A stretch of DNA of 45,004 nt, counting the filler, from Catajapyx aquilonaris (Eukaryota): assembly GCA_000934665.2 (NCBI GenBank). It is 2 parts of 2 records of this genome, joined end to end, with 100 filler letters (N's around TTAATTAATTAA, not from the genome) between each part and the next. Parts side by side here need not be neighbours in the genome. Positions count along the whole stretch, not along the records: positions 1 to 22,425 come from JYFJ02005865.1; positions 22,526 to 45,004 come from JYFJ02005866.1. One strand, given 5' to 3'. Each line of letters starts with the position of its first letter. Positions within the stretch are counted from its first letter, which is position 1. The translations under genes and the position numbers were made by a program. The notes below the pieces were generated by a model. The model was not told where the DNA came from and ran no database searches. It saw nothing but the letters and a program-made list of their open reading frames with translations. This document shows, in pieces, positions 11,939 through 23,125 of this stretch.

Positions 11939-12494
11939 AAGTAGTGAAGCTTAATGTCTTCTAGTAGCATGAGCCATCATAAGGGTCAGTTTAAAATTTT
12001 AACTGGTCTGAAACTCCTCCACATATATACTGTACAACTAGCCATAAGCATCAAGAATGTCGTCGTCAAAATGACCACATCCAGGTTCAAATCGTATAAA
12101 ATCTGCCACCAGGTGCATCATGAACTGCCCGTACAAGCAGCAAACCATCAGGATTTCACTCATTGCAAAGTGAAACATTACATCATAAGTTGCGTGCAGT
12201 TGAATACAGTTCGACTTGCAGTGTTCCATTATCACAACCCAGCAGTTCAAAAAATGTGAAGCTTTGTATTTGATCCACAACAGGAGGAATGCCAGGCAAC
12301 AAGGGACATTCTGAGGTGCTTCTAAAAGGAATTAATGGAAGCCAAATGGGTTGCCCTTAGCAAAGAAAAATGTAAGGCGTCAATCACACACCTGAAAAAA
12401 TTGGCTGCCATGTCCATGGGTTGGAACAGAAGTTGTGGGACATAATTTTTATTTGGAACACCGCCTTCATTTCTAACGACACAAACTCTCTGCA

Positions 12495-12950
12495 GTTATC
12501 GCAATGGCTTGGCATCTGTAGATTCAACCAACCGCAGCGCCACTGATCGAAAATATTCAGAAAAAAATCAGAAAGTTCCCAAAGGCAAGATTATACAATT
12601 TTCCTTATACTGAGAATTGCGCTGAATCTATGCGAATGAAGTGATGTTTAGTGATACCTGCCGTAAATGTTGCTGGCATGTTTGTACTGTTTCAGGTAGT
12701 TAGACCTATTATGGTTGGAACTGTACTGGACATGTGCAGACTTTTTTTCTCAGTTTCCTCCGGAACAGTAGGCCTACATTATAACAATTATTTACATTGT
12801 ATTAGGTATTATACTGTATGTACAGTACTCTAGGAATGATTTAAGGATGTGCGCAGGCTATGTGCAGATACTATTACATTTTATGCAAGGCTTCAGCATC
12901 CGAGGATTCTGACAATCCTGAGGGGACCTGGAAACAATCCCCCAAGGATG
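12495..12950. mobile_element. Tigger3(Golem)/MER2-like non-autonomous DNA transposon
   Basis: Motifs gattcaaccaaccgc, gatcgaaaatatt, cgaatgaagtgatg, ttgtattaggtattata, atgatttaa, ctggaaacaatccccc appear in the order I recall for Tigger3b/MER2; not verified by search. Confidence 0.7.
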
Positions 12951-13000
12951 TTTCAGCTCCCTACGAATACTGTCATTCAGCTCAGCTCGTCAAGTAGATT

Positions 13001-13353
13001 CAGGTGGCATCGATTATCCGAATACCGATCAACCGAACCATCGCATCAGTTAACCGAACATTTTTGGGTTGGCAAAAAACGAGCCTCGGCTCTCAAGCAT
13101 AAAAAATTGGCCTTTTCCCTCCTTAAACTGTAGGACTACTTCATGTAAGGACAGTAAGGTATATGTACAGCATTTTTAAGACGTGCCTGTGACAGAAAAT
13201 ATACAGTTTTGTGGTTAATATCACTGTTTCTTATTTTCATACTGCTCCTATGACACCGGTACAATTTTTTCCCCGTAAATGATTGGTTATCAGAACAATC
13301 AGTTATCCGAACACCCCATGGGAAGACTCTGTTCGGATAATCTATGCTCCACT
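13001..13353. mobile_element. Tigger/pogo-like MITE
   Basis: Ends cag.tggcatcgattatccgaa and ttcggataatctatgctccactg|ta; internal ttatccgaac repeats. Confidence 0.65.
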
Positions 13354-13903
13354 GTATATAGAAATCTTGAAATTTAGGGAAGGGCTAAAGTGCACCCTTA
13401 CCTACAGGTTGGGTACAGTACACACATCCTAATATTAATAACCTTTGATTGAAATTTAAATAATGGCACTCAAATGATAGATAATGATTCACCTGCAAAA
13501 AATGGAGCACATTAACTGTATCGTGAGAGGTAGTCTACATCTGCTCCTGCTTGCTCAATGAGCCACACTATTTTTTTTCTTTTTGACATGCTTCTATCAA
13601 CCCATCTCCCATTAACGATACTCGTGTATTCCCTGAAACAAATAAAGACAAAAGAGCAAAAATTTGACATCAAACTCCTGCCAGTGTAAGCTTGCCAAAT
13701 CTCAAATCACACCAGTAAGACAGTAAGACCATTTACAGTGAGCCTGCATACTTACTTAAACTAAAAAATGTGAGCATTATAGAAGGCTAGGCCTACTCAC
13801 TTTTATGAGGGCAAGTTTTAATTCATGTCATGCAATAATAACTTGCACAAAGTAGCCAAGCATTCAGTGTTGTAATAGCCATGCAAGATGAGTATGGATG
13901 AAC

Positions 13904-13905
<2 letters not shown>

Positions 13906-13965
<60 letters not shown>

Positions 13966-14474
13966 AACAACAACAACAACAACATCACGACATGTACCTA
14001 TGAGGGGTAGTCAGCGATGAAGGGAGACGCAAGCTAACCCAACATATGAACTAATAAAACTCATGAGAATAAACCTAAAAACAACCTGTCCCACCCCCCA
14101 CCCCTACCCACCACAGACATCACCTTATCCTCAGACATATTTACCTATTTACCCATTAATTAACCTACGCCATTTAGGCCTACACCTATCCAAACAAACA
14201 ACCCTAGCCTCAGCCACGTCCATGGTACTATTGACACAAGAACGTCTCGGCTTAACACTAGCAACACCCTTAAGACACTGACCCACCTGGTCCAACCATG
14301 TCTTCCTAGGCCTACCCTTGCCCCTCTTACCAACTACTCCACCCAAATAAACCTTCTTCACAATCTCCTCCCCCTTTATCCTCTCCACATGGCCAAACCA
14401 CCTTAGAGTAGACCTACACACCTTATCTTTAACAGTCTCCTTAACATTACACCTCTGTAAAATCTCCTCATTAA

Positions 14475-14546
<72 letters not shown>

Positions 14547-14883
14547 TAATATTAATCCAGGGTAGTGCTTGACCTCATCTGAGGTATGCAGCACGGACCT
14601 TTATTTTATTATGTCAAGTACATTGTAACCTTTATACGTAACGCCCGGGCCCACGGGCAGGATGACAGGAGGGGATGTGCAAGGTGCAGTGCAATGTCTT
14701 ATCTGTGGACATTTTTAGTGAACTCCCCCGGGTGGTTTAGTCTGTGGAAATACCACCCGAGACGAAGCCAGAGGTGACCCTGAACTCTGCACGAGATGAA
14801 GGGGGTGTCCCCGGGTTGGGATCGAACCGGGGACCTTAACATCCGTGGGCGCATACGTTACCTCAGCACCACTCCGCCTCCCC
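13906..14883 (-). mobile_element. tRNA-derived SINE, family A (body ~14555-14883; tail interrupted by the LINE)
   Basis: 17-bp TSD tgagtatggatgaacta at 13889-13905 and 14884-14900 encloses SINE plus LINE. Confidence 0.9.
13964..14472 (-). mobile_element. 5'-truncated RTE LINE nested in the (AAT)n tail of a SINE
   Basis: ORF 14149..14421 LRWFGHVERIK...GRPRKTW; nearly identical to 708-1383 but lacks ~180 bp of 3' UTR; (AAT)n on both sides. Confidence 0.9.
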
Positions 14884-14992
14884 TGAGTATGGATGAACTA
14901 GCACCTTAGCTGGTAGCACTCCGTTCTTTGAAAGATTCAAAATGACACTCCCCTTTCGAAACAAGTTTGCAATGTGTTGCATTATAAAATTA

Positions 14993-15337
14993 GGGGGAGG
15001 TGTGGTGGCCGAGATGGTAACGTCTCGGCTTGCTGAGTGAAAGGCCCCAGGTTCGATCCCCGCCTGGGGAACTTTCCTTTCACCTGCGTCAGGAGGGTCT
15101 CTGACCTGCACCAAGGAGGTGTCTGGCAACCTAACCTCCTGGGGAACAGCACATGACCCATTAGCTACGACATTGCACCTTGCACCCATGTTCCCTCCCC
15201 AAAAAATCCCTATCCTTTCCCATTGTCCCTGTTTCCTGGCACCGGAGAATGAAGTGAAAATATATACAGAAAACTGATGGTGGTATGCCACCCGTAAGGG
15301 ACATCACGGGGTAAAATAATAATAATAAATAAATAAA
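14993..15337 (+). mobile_element. tRNA-derived SINE, family B
   Basis: Highly similar to 11588-11938; TSD attataaaattagg at 14981-14994 and 15338-15351. Confidence 0.9.
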
Positions 15338-15799
15338 ATTATAAAATTAGGCCCACATTTCACGGGTGCAACAAAGGAACTTCCAGTCAGGTAGGTAGCA
15401 ATGGCGCAACATACTGCTGGAAAATATCAGGCCAAAGGCTCAGAATTCCTTGAATTAGTATTGAATGTAATAAAATTATTATGGTGCACTGAGATGAAAT
15501 GAGTTTTTGAAATTAGAATATTTGAAGCCTGGGTTAAGTGAGAATGAGGCCATTGATGGATGAACATTGTTTGTGTAGAAAAAAAAGGAAATTGGTATGA
15601 GCAATAATGGGGAAGAGTCTTTATGGCCAGGGGAGTTATGTTGGGAATCGATCGAAAAATGCAAGAACTGATCATTCTCACTTGCACTGTAGCTCTCGTT
15701 GCATCGAAAAAAATTAATTTGGGAGAACTTGAGTTCTGCCTTTTTGCGAGAAATGTGTGCGGCGTTAAAGGTGATAATGAAACTAAATTCATGGAAGAA

Positions 15800-15940
15800 A
15801 GTAATTTGGCGTTATGTGGCATACCTTTTTTGGCTGGGTTTTATTCTAAAGATTTAATCATTGCGTTTTGTTCAATGAGATTTATTAATGGGTTTAGTTT
15901 CTTTTTGATTGTCTTTTCTATTGGTCTTACTGTCTGTTAT
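15800..15940 (+). pseudogene. ND5: NUMT: mitochondrial NADH dehydrogenase subunit 5 fragment
   Basis: In the invertebrate mitochondrial code reads SNLALCGMPFLAGFYSKDLII...SMSFINGFSFFLIVFSIGLTVCY, the hallmark ND5 motif. Confidence 0.9.
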
Positions 15941-16140
15941 TTTCTTTCCATTTAGTGAGGATCATAATGAGTAATGGAAATTATGCTCTACATGCATGAA
16001 TGTATGATGTTTTCATGAAGACATGCCATGATAAATGTTCAGAACCAAGTTCCTGAAGAAAAGGGCATGTGTCAAGGACAGAAAATAATGGGAGATTCTG
16101 ATATTTTTGGAAATTATGATTATTGAATTATTGGTACATA

Positions 16141-16426
16141 GGGGGGCATGGTGGTGTAGTGTCTATGCTAGGCTATTGGCCAGCCAAGCGGGAAGTCTGA
16201 GATTCAAATCCCGTCCCTGTCACCTTTGCTTGGTAGCACCTTTTTCTGCTTTTCACCGGACATGTCCGGGCAGACTTGCACTCCCTTCTCAGCCCAGGGC
16301 GAAGAGAAAAGGTCTGCTATTTAAGAGGGTCCGAAATGACTGGAAGCTCTCTATTTAAGATCTTTATATCTTGGGAACCTCCCCTCCCCCAAGAGGGCCC
16401 TGCCTTAACACGAGGTTAAAAAAATG
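16141..16426 (+). mobile_element. tRNA-derived SINE, family C
   Basis: tggtgtagtg A box, degenerate B box gattcaaatccc, A tail; TSD ttggtacata at 16131-16140 and 16427-16436. Confidence 0.85.
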
Positions 16427-17177
16427 TTGGTACATAAGTTTTTTTCCGATCTCTCTTTTTTTTAAAGCTGAGTTCACAACCTAAAACATCTTGGTTCACT
16501 ATCTTGTCTTATTTAGTAGTTATGTGTATGTACTAATTGTAGCGATTTTTTCATGCATGTTTTATTCACTATTTTGTAGGCCTATTTGATATTTTTCACC
16601 TTCAAATTTGACCTGGGAGAATGTTTCTGTTAATTTGGATTGTTTTATTATGTAGTATAGCCTACTTGAATGTGACTTGGGATATGAACTTTCCATAACC
16701 GTCAATTGAATCTTTAATGTTACATCGCTTAGATTATTAATTGTTGGTTCCGTATACAAAGAACAAAATAGAGGTGAAGGCCAAAATTTATATTCTCGTA
16801 ATTAGGAAAATTTGAGGAGCCAACGCAGTTGCTTGGCGTGATACAACATGCGTGTTGTAAGTTTTTTTGTATTACATGGTGATAGTAATATAACGACCTC
16901 ATGCAAACACTGTGCACATCTCCAAGTGATTGTTGCTTGTATCATATTTGAATTTGTGAACTAATTCAGGATTTTTTGACGAGAAAAAGCGTCTTACTTA
17001 AATACATATGACTTGTCTCATGCAGCATAGCACATCTTCATTGAAAATTTATTTTACAATATATTGGAGCACCAATTAGTTTGATTGGTTGTACGAGGGC
17101 AGACAAGGTGCATAATAATTATCCCATGTTTATAGCCTATCATGTAGAAGAAGATTTTAAACTTCCCTGGATTACTT

Positions 17178-17231
17178 ATTTTATTTATTTTTTATTTTAT
17201 TTGTATTACCCCATTCGAGGGCAGGAGCCCA
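17178..17231 (-). mobile_element. Extremely 5'-truncated retroposon (3' tip plus A-rich tail)
   Basis: 14-bp TSD tccctggattactt at 17164-17177 and 17232-17245 around a (TTTA)-rich tail and ~25 bp of body. Confidence 0.75.
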
Positions 17232-18354
17232 TCCCTGGATTACTTCAAGAATGACTTGTTCACATTTGATGATTTTGTATTCTAATTCTAATGTATTCTA
17301 AATAAGTACGGAAAACCTAATGGGGGTCCATCTGAGCATAGGTAACTGGAATATTACTCACCTTATCAGCCATTTAACCAGCTTTTTTCTTGGACAACTC
17401 TTTGTAACCTTTCTCTATTATGAATCTTGCCAACAGATTCCAGCATCTCTATGGTTACTGCCATTATTGGCATAACAGACGGGTGGAAGAGCATTTTAAA
17501 AAATGATTTACAACTTTACTGAGGTGTTTCTATTATATATAATTTTATATTGGATATTGCTTGGCCGGATGCGAATGATAAATTTTCCATAATTTTTGGA
17601 ACAATGTACCGTGAATTTTTATGAAGGGGTGATTGGAGTTATTTTGAGTATGCATGGAGAATATTGGCTATAATAGTTGGGAATTCCTTTTGTTTCCAGC
17701 ATTTGTGTAAATTAATAATTGTTGAACCATGCACATCTCCAATCTAATTTAAAGTTGCGATCATTTGTGTCTACGGGGTCGAGCCATGGGAGGACAGCGT
17801 TGCCATGAGTTGTCCTTATGCACAAATGGCGAATCTAGTTTTGTTGATTTGTTAAAAATTGAATATTGTTTGACATCATACTTTTTGGAAATATACTGCA
17901 TTTTCACTTCTATTTTTGCTACCACGCTTAGTGCAATTTGCTGTTGTTAATTTCATTTACAGTATTTGGATGATTGACCAGGTGATTGACTATGAGAATC
18001 CATGTTGTTTGCCCTGGCCCAATATTTTATGGGGTAACCCTTATCCACTTCATTTTTTTGTTTGTGCATGTGTGTGCCTTGCCTGTTCCTGTGTACTTTG
18101 ATGTCTTGGTGTGAACTATTTTGGACACTCAATTTTTTAAAGATGACAACCATTTGATTGTCCTCCTGTGTGACTCATTGCCCTAGTGAACTTCATGTGG
18201 TCCTTAGTTGGCATAGTGCCCACCGGCCTGTAGTGGCTGATAGTGATTGTTTGGGTGCATCTACGTGTGTGAACTTCACTATGTGGACAGGCCTCAGTCG
18301 GCGGCCTGAACTTTGCCCTGGGGTTGTCCGGGATCCAGGTGGGTCACCATCTTT

Positions 18355-18620
18355 GAGCGGCCCGGGGGAGTGTCACATACATCACCCTTAGTCAGGGCAT
18401 GGGGTGGAAGCCACACATGAATTATACATACTCGTGTATGGTATACATGAGTATAAATAGACTGATGGGCAGACAAACAGGAGGAGAAGAAACAAGCCAG
18501 AGGAAGGAGAAACAAGAGATGCAGGCTGCCGGATTGGTCTGGAACTGGAGTGAGGACCAGAAGGATGACCATAGGAGAGTGATGGGAAGTCCTGGGCATC
18601 AGAGTGGACAGGGCAGGAAG
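18355..18620 (+). mobile_element. Possible LTR retrotransposon 3' end (PPT plus start of LTR)
   Basis: Purine run gggggag directly before TGTCACA (18371), TATAAATA at ~18452; no coding remnant or matching LTR seen. Confidence 0.3.
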
Positions 18621-20423
18621 CGCATATAATTATGTAGGCCTATCACTTAGAATTAGGAATTAAATGAGAAAATCCAATAAAGTGAGTAGTTATTTGGGGG
18701 GAGATCCCTTACCTCATATTAAGCCTGTAGGAGGCGATGGATGGATGGGAGTAATTAAACGGTAACCATATATGCTGGAACGTGACGGTAAGATAGTTGT
18801 GCACATTATTTTTATTTTACTGCATGGCAAGTTGCAACACACTGTTGATTGACATGATGAACTGCGGAACCACAGGCAGGATCTTTTTCCCATCATGCTC
18901 CAACATGCCATGTATGCTCTGGTGAGCTAAAAACTCGAATGCAACATAACAATGTGGTAGTGCATGCAACTACTCCAACAACCAAATGATGAGGGGCACC
19001 TTATTCTCCAGGCCATCTTGTGTCCCTTGAAGGTATGCAGCAGCCCAATTTCTAGTTGTTATTTCTCACAGTCATACTGTTAATCTCTGGGCTTCCGTAG
19101 TCGGGAATTAATTGCATAATCCCTCTTGGAAGATGTCCTTATAAAAAGAGGTGAACGCCTTGGTCAATGGAAGTCCCTAATTGGCTAATGTATGACAGAT
19201 GGAAGCGGGAGGAATGACTTGAACAGACAACCCCCAGAACTCACGAGAATCTTACAGAATGGCGACAAAAAGGTGTAAATAGCGGGCACTAATATACCAT
19301 ATGGCGTATAAGTTCCAACGCCCGAAACATGCAATGTTACTTTAGGTTGTATCATAAATATATTAACTATATTAATATATTAACTACGATTTTTGAAGTC
19401 CTTTTGTTATAAAACGGATATAGATATTTTGGTTATCTCCCTACATAATGAAAGTATACCAAATCTAGAAGTCCGATCTTTACTTATATCCTACTATTAG
19501 AAAGTACACTTTTGAAAGCAAAATGAAGGACACTAATGTGTCCAAGAAAATGGCTGACTATTAACAATGATCTGTCCTACAAGTAAATATTTTTGTTTCT
19601 GTAAAGCTATCCATTAACCCTTGTACTGTTGACTCCAGATGTAACAGCCTCCAAGGGGTTATTCACTTACATTTTTTGCATACATTGACTGCCGCGCGGA
19701 CTACCCCTCGGACTACCCACGAATGTGTACACAGACTACCCTTAGTGAATAACCCCTCGACAGCCTCCGCTATAAGAGACTGGGTTATTCTCCTCGATCC
19801 CCGCGTATTGCTCGCAATACACATGTTTCCAATAATTTAATTTACGGCGCATTATCAAAGGCAGCTCCCGGAAAAAGTGATTACATCCATATTAAACTTG
19901 ACCAATCCTTCAAATACTCAGCATTGATAACAGAAATATTACTATACCTGCAATTGCATACTTGTCCACATAAATGATAAATAAAAATCATCCCAATTAT
20001 GCAACAAAATGCAGTAAATCAGGCATTTTATTTTCATTCCTACTTCATCATTAATAATTTCATGTTGGGCACTTGACTAGGTGTTCAAGTAGCAGAACGG
20101 TATGCATATACATGCAAGATTCACAGGCAATTAGCCTGTAAACATATGCCACAGCGGGGACTGGAATATAAGATGTCAAAAGATTGATGTACAAAGCATC
20201 TTCTCGTGATATCAAATACTGAGGTTCAATAAATTATTCTGCCTCAACAAAAAATGATTGGTTTCAGGAAATTTTTTATTGAAGTTTGTTATGATTGTAG
20301 TGAGAAGTTTGCGGACCTTGAGTATCTTCCTCATAGCCTGTAGAGCAATCTTCTACACTTTACCCCTGTACCCCAAGTATGTAACTTGCAGACTGCAGTA
20401 CTGTAGTTGTTGCAGGTGAAAAA

Positions 20424-20789
20424 TTACTTTTGGCATGAATTGCATTGGCCGTAATAATTGCGATCCACTACTTCGTCCGCAATGGCCATCCTGACTCGCA
20501 TGTAGAACCACAGCAAGCATCCGGACAGCACTCCGACGGATGGACCCACCAGACCGCCAATGCCCTCTCCCAGGATGTGGGTTCCGACGAAGTAGCCAAT
20601 GCAGGTGAGGGACACCAGGAGCATCAGGTAGCACATCTGGACGCACACTTTCTTCCCAGTGCAGGGCAGGAATCCAACTTTGTGCAAAGCTCGGACTGGG
20701 ACATCCGGGTCATGGATGCAGATCCGAGCTCTTTGCGTGATGAACGGCCTGGAGGCTGGAGGCTCGGCCTGTTGGGTTCCAGCGTTGTC
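20424..20789 (-). CDS. Candidate last exon of an uncharacterised two-TM membrane protein
   Basis: Acceptor tttccag|GAC; 122 open codons with two hydrophobic helices (MCYLMLLVSLTCIGYFVG; IGGLVGPSVGVLSGCLLWFY); AATAAA on - at ~20275 and ~20027. Confidence 0.6.
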   Translation of the reverse strand, partial: DNAGTQQAEPPASRPFITQRARICIHDPDVPVRALHKVGFLPCTGKKVCVQMCYLMLLVSLTCIGYFVGTHILGEGIGGLVGPSVGVLSGCLLWFYMRVRMAIADEVVDRNYYGQCNSCQK

Positions 20790-20877
20790 CTGGAAAGCTA
20801 CAAAAATGTCGTAACCGATAAGTATATGCACTTAACAAGAAATTAATTCCAGTAATGAACATTGTGCGTACTCACAC

Positions 20878-21110
20878 TTTGTCTTTAGCAGGGCCATCTC
20901 GGTTGGGTTTGACTTCTTGATCAGCATCCCAGCGTTTTGGGTGGAGCTCATCTTCAGCTTTGCGTTCTGACCAGGCTTGACGGACTGCTCCATTGAGATG
21001 TGTTTCGCCGAAACTTGCAAGTAAGCAGGAATTGTTTGCGCCTGATTGTACCACTACGTCCTGACTGCGTGCTGATAGCACAAGTCTGGAGAGACAATTG
21101 ACCTTAACGC
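20878..21110 (-). CDS. Candidate internal exon of the same gene
   Basis: Acceptor ttctttcccag|GC (phase 1), open frame ...KAEDELHPKRWDADQEVKPNRDGPAKDK, donor AAA|gtgtga (phase 0); an alternative donor gtgagt 2 nt further makes the frame uncertain. Confidence 0.45.
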
Positions 21111-21278
21111 CTGGGAAAGAATTTGTCTGGCGGGTGAGCTCATCAGATGTGGCTGGTTTGGATGATAAAAATCCAGTGGCTTCTACTTTTTACAACAGGA
21201 CTGAGTCATACAACAGGACTGAGTCAAGTCTAATTTTTTCCCTTATTCAGGTTACATCCTTCAATCCTCTGCCATGTA

Positions 21279-21391
21279 CAGGGTGATCCAAAAGTTCTGG
21301 ACACATAGGTAATAACATTGTTGGTTGACGTTCTGGTCAACCAACAATATGATATTATTACCTATGTGTCCAGAACTTTTGGGTCACCCTG
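21279..21391. mobile_element. Tc1/mariner-type hairpin MITE
   Basis: TA|cagggtgatccaaaagttctggacacataggtaataa ... ttattacctatgtgtccagaacttttgggtcaccctg|TA. Confidence 0.9.
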
Positions 21392-21856
21392 TACTACAAT
21401 GTGTCGATAATGTTATGCTATTTTTGCAGAATTTTTCCAGCTGTTACAGTGTACAACTCCGTGGATAGCGCAAACATTGTTCAAGGCCTCTTCCACTGAA
21501 AACGCTAGTCGCATGGTGCAATTCTTGGTAATGACACACATGCGCATACCAAAGATGTGGGTGATGTGTTGTTCGTTCCAGCCAACATCTCTCAGTGGTA
21601 CTGGAGTAGCATGCTTCACATTACTTGATAGCTCATGTCTCTTAATTACACTGGCAATGAGCAATGAGAATGAGAACGTCTTGGTCTACACCAAGAACAT
21701 AGTGTTTTAGAATTTATATCATGTCTACTGGAGAGATGCCATATGACCGCTTATTCAAGTTGATCACTATTAAAGTGAAGTCAAGGTTTTAGGATTTGTA
21801 AATGAATTATGATGATATGAGAGATTAGATGCTTCTAAGATTTTAAAATATACCGT

Positions 21857-22425
21857 ATATGAGGGGGTGAAAATCAAAAACCGACAGCTCCAAAAACCAA
21901 AAAAAAATGAGTTAGCGCCGGCAATGCATTCCTCATGCCATGGAGTACATAATACCTGAATATGGTATTTAAAACCCTACAACAAAGCCGTCAAATTTAG
22001 GGGTGAAAAGCGACCTCCGTAACAAAAACCGCCAGCTCCATCCCCACTCGCAGAAAATCACAGATCAAAAACCGCCAGCTCCCACGAAACTAAAGCTGAC
22101 ATGGGAGACAGTACATACTGCGAAGCTGGTACGGATAACGACGGTGCGAATGAGATGCTCATTTAACAGAACACCTTGCGTAATGTAATGGAACGTTGGT
22201 ATGTAAGCGTGGAATAAACTTAAACATTTACACGCCGGATAAACCTGTGTTTCATGTTTCCCTCACTCAATTTTGCATCAAAAAGCGCCAACTCCAGCCT
22301 GTTGCAAATCAAAAACCAGCCAGTGGCAGAATGGACGGTCCACAGCTCCTTGGGTAATGGCGGATGATTTCATAATAACTTACCAATGGTTGAGTTGCTA
22401 GTAAAGGAATCTATAGCCGCTACAT
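21857..22425. mobile_element. Probable mariner-like element end with subterminal repeats, truncated by the gap
   Basis: tatgagggggtgaaaatcaaaaaccg start; aaaaaccg(a/c)cagctcc repeated at ~21876, 22024 and 22067. Confidence 0.45.
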
Positions 22426-22525
22426 NNNNNNNNNNNNNNNNNNNNNNNNNNNNNNNNNNNNNNNNNNNNTTAATTAATTAANNNNNNNNNNNNNNNNNNN
22501 NNNNNNNNNNNNNNNNNNNNNNNNN
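22426..22525. other. Artificial assembly spacer
   Basis: Exactly 44 N + TTAATTAATTAA (stops in all six frames) + 44 N = 100 bp. Confidence 0.95.
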
Positions 22526-23125
22526 GTTATTTATTAATAAATTAAAATGTGATAGTATTGTTTATCTAGAACTCAGTCCAATGTGCTATGATAAAAATTT
22601 CATTGCAATTAAAGTAAAATGGTTTTAAATATTCCTTAATTCAAAAATGCACAGAAAATGGCATATCTGCAAGCCATGATAAATATTTTTTAATTTTGTG
22701 CTAGATTTTTTGTAATTAATGTCATAACTGTTTTTGGGTTTGTGCGGCCCCTCAGGTTCATTATCAACATTTACATCCCGCTAAGTAAGAAATTAACATA
22801 GTGGCAGCAATTTTTACCAGACCCCACAGAAATTCACTGTCCAAGGTATAATCGTATTTATTTCAGTTGTTAACTGTCAAATGAACTTCAAATTTGGTAT
22901 CCTCCTAGCTCAATTGTTACTATTCATAATTATCCATTCTAAAGTCCAGATAATCTTAATGGAAACTTTTTATCACATCCTGTGTATAACCCCACCACTC
23001 CATTTTTTGGGGGTGTCCCAATATTTTCAGATCAGAGCAAGTATATACAGATGCCTGGTGGGAAATTTTGTGTTCAACACTGAGTAATTTTTGTATTTAT
23101 TTGTGTCTGGGAGTCTGCTTGTTAA

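Larger units (their letters stand above)
10848..15420 (-). pseudogene. ASB-like pseudogene, copy B (inverted relative to copy A)
   Basis: 12428-10848 matches 7263-8453 (last exon 12391-11258, same SOCS-like end); 13680-13410 matches 5760-5980; 13905-13795, 14990-14884 and 15410-15340 match 4715-4970. Confidence 0.75.

Noticed and set aside
15427..15790. Extension of the NUMT (ND5 C-terminus-like)
   Set aside because: Only a vague WG..GQG resemblance needing frameshifts; not supportable without a search
20424..20500. piggyBac C-terminal Cys-rich domain
   Set aside because: Only one CxxC, preceded by TM helices; no transposase motifs
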